IMG/VR virus record: IMGVR_UViG_3300036770_006511
Span: 13,090-77,089 of that record
Source: a virus
Length of the DNA stretch: 64,000 nt
Reading direction: 5' to 3' (one strand)
The first letter of the stretch is position 1, and each line of letters starts with the position of its first letter. Position numbers and translations under genes: made by a program. Below the pieces are notes generated by a model. The model was not told the origin of the DNA. It saw only the letters and a list, made by a program, of their open reading frames with translations, and made no database searches. This document shows, piece after piece, positions 60,261-64,000 of the stretch.

Positions 60261-61544
60261 TTAGTCAGGACGGGATATACCCAAACCTGCCAAGAAGTCT
60301 AATCCGTCATCCTCAGAATCCTCATCAGAATCAAAATCTTCGTAATCTTCTTTGTTCTTTTTTGCGGTTTTGATTAACTCACGGAATTCATCGGTCGCTT
60401 TAGCGATTTTCGCAGTATCTTCTGAAATTGCGTTTCCGATAATAGTCAAAAATTCCTCGGCAGGTAGTTTATACAGTTCCATTTGGAACCAGTTCATAAG
60501 ACCTTTATTTTCCTCATCATAAATCTCATCGGGAAGTGCGAATCTAATTTTCTCAACGATTTGAGGACCAATTCTAAGAGACCATGATTCCATAGGAAGG
60601 GTATCAGTCTGTCCCATAACCTTTTCTCTCGTTGAGGGGTCTTCAGGCAAACCATATCTTCCTTTAGCCTCTTCCAAACCTTTGATTATTTCATGACATA
60701 CAATTGGGAACATCATACCATAGGCTTTGATTACGGTGTCGGGTGAAGAATCTTCCTCGTCTTCGAATCCATCGTCACCAGCATCATCAAGTTCAACTTT
60801 ACCCGCAACACCCTGTCCCGTCTGACTCATCATGTCGATAAGTTGTTCCATAGTGAAATACATGAAATCATTTAAAGACATAATTTCTAAGTAAGCCGGA
60901 TATAGACGTGGGTCAATCTCATCCAATTTAGCCCGTACCTCAGGCTTTTGAAATAGGAAATGTCCTTTCTTAGCTGAACCCTGAATAATTGCGTTGATGA
61001 TGTTTCTCTTATGTTTTTCTAACTCAAGAGCTTCTTCAGGGGTGACTTCATCAATATCAAAACCCGCATCAATCATAATTTTTTGTGCCTCTTCCTCGTT
61101 TTTTTCCTCAAGTTCCTCGGCTTCGTATCTAAAATTACTCACATCAATGGGTTCACGATTAAGGTACGCCTCAATAATAAACCATTCAGAGGGTACTTGT
61201 GAATCTTCCAAAGACGCTTCAATTGCCAATTGTTCAAGAGCGTCCTTATGACGAGACTCAATTTGCATTACCATCGGAACTTTTTGGTACATTTCTGAAA
61301 CCAACATACGTCCCAACATAGGTGAATTGATACTTTCCCGACCAGTGACTTGACGGACTTTGTCAACAACTTGTTTGAAACGATTAGTTACTAAACGTTG
61401 TACATCCTCACTTCCTCTTGGTAGTGCGGGGTTTTTGGCATAAGGACTTTCAGGGTCTCGAAGTTTTCTCTCGAGACTTGGGTCCATTCGTTCAGGATAA
61501 TCTCCGTAATCTATTTGTTCTGATATTTTTTTACTTTTTGCCAT
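60261..61544 (-). CDS. Hypothetical phage protein
   Basis: ~427-aa ORF co-oriented with terminase; contains CHEIIKG. Confidence 0.6.
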   Translation of the reverse strand: MAKSKKISEQIDYGDYPERMDPSLERKLRDPESPYAKNPALPRGSEDVQRLVTNRFKQVVDKVRQVTGRESINSPMLGRMLVSEMYQKVPMVMQIESRHKDALEQLAIEASLEDSQVPSEWFIIEAYLNREPIDVSNFRYEAEELEEKNEEEAQKIMIDAGFDIDEVTPEEALELEKHKRNIINAIIQGSAKKGHFLFQKPEVRAKLDEIDPRLYPAYLEIMSLNDFMYFTMEQLIDMMSQTGQGVAGKVELDDAGDDGFEDEEDSSPDTVIKAYGMMFPIVCHEIIKGLEEAKGRYGLPEDPSTREKVMGQTDTLPMESWSLRIGPQIVEKIRFALPDEIYDEENKGLMNWFQMELYKLPAEEFLTIIGNAISEDTAKIAKATDEFRELIKTAKKNKEDYEDFDSDEDSEDDGLDFLAGLGISRPD

Positions 61545-62403
61545 CACGAAGAATATCTTGAATTAATTTCATAACATCTTTTTTTGCGGACTCAATTTCC
61601 TTTTTGGTTGCTTTTGGGGCTGGATTAGGTCCTTCGAAAGGTTTTTTTCCTGGATGTGCAGGACGAGTACGTGGTTTCGTATCAGGTTTTGTCGTTGGTT
61701 TGGTTGGGGCGGTTTCAGTTTCTGCTTCACCCATCGATTGTAACATACCCAAATCACCAATAGGTCGGCTCATTTTGATACTTTTACCCCTCTTGGATTT
61801 AGGTTTGTAAACCGAACGGCGAATAACACCTTGTTCGGCAACCATATTTAAAATTTCAGATTTAGTCATTTTTGGTTCCAAATAATTTTCAACCAAAGAT
61901 ACAACTTCTTCTTCAATAAAAAAATCCATTGGGGATTTTCCCTCTTTTAAACTTTTCTTGACCTGTCTTACACATCTTTCGAACTTGGCATTCTTTTTTG
62001 GTCCCAACTGTGCGTGACATATTGCCCAAGGATTATTTTCATCCTCTGATTCGGTCATGTCTTCATATTTGTCAATTTCAGAATCACTGTCGTCAGACAT
62101 ACCATCGGGTGCCATAATTTGATGAGGTGCTTGTGTGGTTGCACCACCCATAGCAGAACCAGTTACTTCTACATCATCCTCAGAAACTTCCCCTTCTATG
62201 CGAACGTTGATTCCTCGAGAAGTTAAATCTTTCAACTTACCAGGGTCCTGAGTTGCCTTTTCTGCGGAAATCATCACAGCACCTTGTTCAAGTAAAGATA
62301 ATTTAGCAAGTAAAGTATCAATTTGTGTTTCATTAAGTTTTACCACGGTCTCTGAAGAAAGACCCATTTCAACTAATTTGATAATCTTATCTTTAGTTTT
62401 CAT
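61531..62403 (-). CDS. Hypothetical low-complexity protein, possibly internal head protein
   Basis: NPWAIC..FERCV module and P/K/T-rich segment. Confidence 0.55.
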   Translation of the reverse strand: MKTKDKIIKLVEMGLSSETVVKLNETQIDTLLAKLSLLEQGAVMISAEKATQDPGKLKDLTSRGINVRIEGEVSEDDVEVTGSAMGGATTQAPHQIMAPDGMSDDSDSEIDKYEDMTESEDENNPWAICHAQLGPKKNAKFERCVRQVKKSLKEGKSPMDFFIEEEVVSLVENYLEPKMTKSEILNMVAEQGVIRRSVYKPKSKRGKSIKMSRPIGDLGMLQSMGEAETETAPTKPTTKPDTKPRTRPAHPGKKPFEGPNPAPKATKKEIESAKKDVMKLIQDILRDGKK

Positions 62404-62788
62404 AGACAACGTTTTTTTCGAACTCCAAAATTAAGTCCTTTTCGTATAATTTATTTTTTACTGAATCTTCTTCTTCACCAAACTTGAACACCAATCTTTT
62501 GTTTTCTTCAAAGTCTTCTATTTCCCAACCTAAAGCAATCACACCGTCCATGGCATCGGACATATTGAAATAGTCTGAGTTTTGTACCAATTCCAATTTC
62601 ATTTCAGAATTTCTAAGTACTCCAACTTTTTTTATAAACTCCAAATCGGGAGGTGTGGGGTAACCACTTGATGGAGATGCCTCCCATGATGTACCCCAAA
62701 CGTCCAAATTTTCTGAAAAGATAAATTCGTAGAGATTATTTCCCTTATAATCAGGACCTAGTCCATTGATATAAGTTAGATACCTCAT
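62393..62788 (-). CDS. Hypothetical phage protein
   Basis: 131-aa coupled ORF. Confidence 0.55.
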   Translation of the reverse strand: MRYLTYINGLGPDYKGNNLYEFIFSENLDVWGTSWEASPSSGYPTPPDLEFIKKVGVLRNSEMKLELVQNSDYFNMSDAMDGVIALGWEIEDFEENKRLVFKFGEEEDSVKNKLYEKDLILEFEKNVVYEN

Positions 62789-63945
62789 AAAACAATCCCT
62801 TCAACAGAAATTCTAACTTGTTTATTTTTACTTTCGAATACCAAATTTTTCTTGTTAGTTCTTCCAACAAACTCAAAATCTACATTCTCCTCTAAAAATT
62901 TCTTACCAGCTAATTCTTGTTCGATTGTTTCAGATAGATTTTCAATTTTAGTTACAGTCGAGTTGATTCTTTTTTTCGTTTCAACTTGTCTTTCTTCGAA
63001 TAATCTCTTTGACAATTCAACTTCTGAATCTGTTACTTCAAAGTACTTACTCAAAACCTTGTCGATTTTACTCTCTTTTACGGAATGAAAATCATAATCC
63101 TCAGAACCCATTCCTTCCATTGGTTCTTCCATAGAAACTTCCGAATCAATATCCAAATCCATTTCGGGTTCACCCATATCGGTGTCCATGTCCATATCAA
63201 CATCAGCTTCCATGTCTTCAAACTTAGAAACGATGTCTTCCATATCTTCAGGTTCCAATTTATTAAGGTCAACTGCGGACAATACCATATTGATAACATA
63301 TTTGATGTCTTCAGAGGTCATACCCTCTTGGTCCTCTAACGCTCTCATTTTCTGAGTAAGTTTTCCTGTCAATTTTTGAATCACCTTGAAGGATACTTTT
63401 TCTTCCATATCTTCAACACCACTCATTGGTTCATCTGATGGTAGTTCCATATCCACTTCGGTGTCAATATCCATATCTTCCATACCCATGTCATCCATTG
63501 GAAGTTCGGGCTCAGGAAGAGCCGCAGGTACTGCGGGAACCGCTGGTTCTGCAACTTCAGGTGCTGGTGGGGTTGGTGTTTTTAGAACAAACTTTTTTTG
63601 TTCACCAAAAAGTTTTACTTCTTCAGTTTCACCATTCAATTCATTAGTTTCTTTAACAATCAAATTTAATTTTTTGAGTGCTTGTGAATATGAAGAATAA
63701 TACTTTCTGTTTTTCATTGGCTCGATATAATCCAAAGTAGACTCATTAAGTCCTCTTTTGATAATATAACCCATTTTTTCTTTAACGATGTGATAGTTCA
63801 TACCGTCCGCTAAGTTTATAGAATAATCTGAAGTACTTTCAGAAAGGCCGTTTGATGGCATTCTGTAAGTGGCGATTTCCATAATTCTTTTTAATTTCTC
63901 GGTACCTTCTAATTTTTCACTACCGATAGGTTTTAATTTTGCCAT
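62785..63945 (-). CDS. Acidic hypothetical protein, possibly prohead core
   Basis: M/D/E-rich low-complexity tracts like those in the scaffold. Confidence 0.55.
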   Translation of the reverse strand: MAKLKPIGSEKLEGTEKLKRIMEIATYRMPSNGLSESTSDYSINLADGMNYHIVKEKMGYIIKRGLNESTLDYIEPMKNRKYYSSYSQALKKLNLIVKETNELNGETEEVKLFGEQKKFVLKTPTPPAPEVAEPAVPAVPAALPEPELPMDDMGMEDMDIDTEVDMELPSDEPMSGVEDMEEKVSFKVIQKLTGKLTQKMRALEDQEGMTSEDIKYVINMVLSAVDLNKLEPEDMEDIVSKFEDMEADVDMDMDTDMGEPEMDLDIDSEVSMEEPMEGMGSEDYDFHSVKESKIDKVLSKYFEVTDSEVELSKRLFEERQVETKKRINSTVTKIENLSETIEQELAGKKFLEENVDFEFVGRTNKKNLVFESKNKQVRISVEGIVL

Positions 63946-64000
63946 GGTTTTTCTTTATTTAATTTTAGTTGTTAAGGCCGTGCATTCCACCCAATTGTAC

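Noticed and set aside
1-64000. Eukaryotic giant virus origin, suggested by GT60, GME and STELLO
   Set aside because: T4-like capsid, portal, protease and terminase plus bS21 identify a tailed bacteriophage
1-64000. Stop-codon reassignment
   Set aside because: Core genes are full length and densely packed in the standard code
1-64000. tRNA or rRNA genes
   Set aside because: Intergenic gaps are short and no cloverleaf was recognised by eye; tRNAscan-SE was not run
63965-64000. 3' end of a further minus-strand gene (..VQLGGMHGLNN*)
   Set aside because: Only 11 codons are visible, too little to annotate

Overview
A 64-kb AT-rich fragment of a large T4-like tailed phage (probably jumbo) in the standard genetic code. 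The host is most likely Bacteroidota/Flavobacteriia: it carries a Flavobacterium-type bS21, a DUF4494-like gene, a TANNTTTG promoter and mostly SD-less A-rich leaders. Left to right: (1) the 5' part of a family B DNA polymerase; (2) four glycosyltransferases, led by a GT60-type polypeptide GlcNAc-transferase, directly downstream of a block of putative virion proteins built from mucin-like Thr-Pro tracts, a repeated ~75-aa Cys-bracketed module and LamG domains; (3) small proteins including a stand-alone WYL domain; (4) a ~24-kb glycan-biosynthesis island (GT2/4/10/11-like enzymes, Gmd, GME, HldA/HldC, DegT, acetyl-, methyl- and sulfotransferases, STELLO-like) interspersed with exonuclease, dUTPase and PhoH; (5) a gp55-like sigma factor and baseplate-like genes; (6) the head module (gp23, gp22, gp21, bS21, gp20, gp17). 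A TATTTAT(A) motif precedes most structural genes. The best candidate for an undescribed system is phage-encoded mucin-type O-glycosylation of its own Thr-Pro-rich virion proteins. All calls come from motif recognition by eye; no searches were run.
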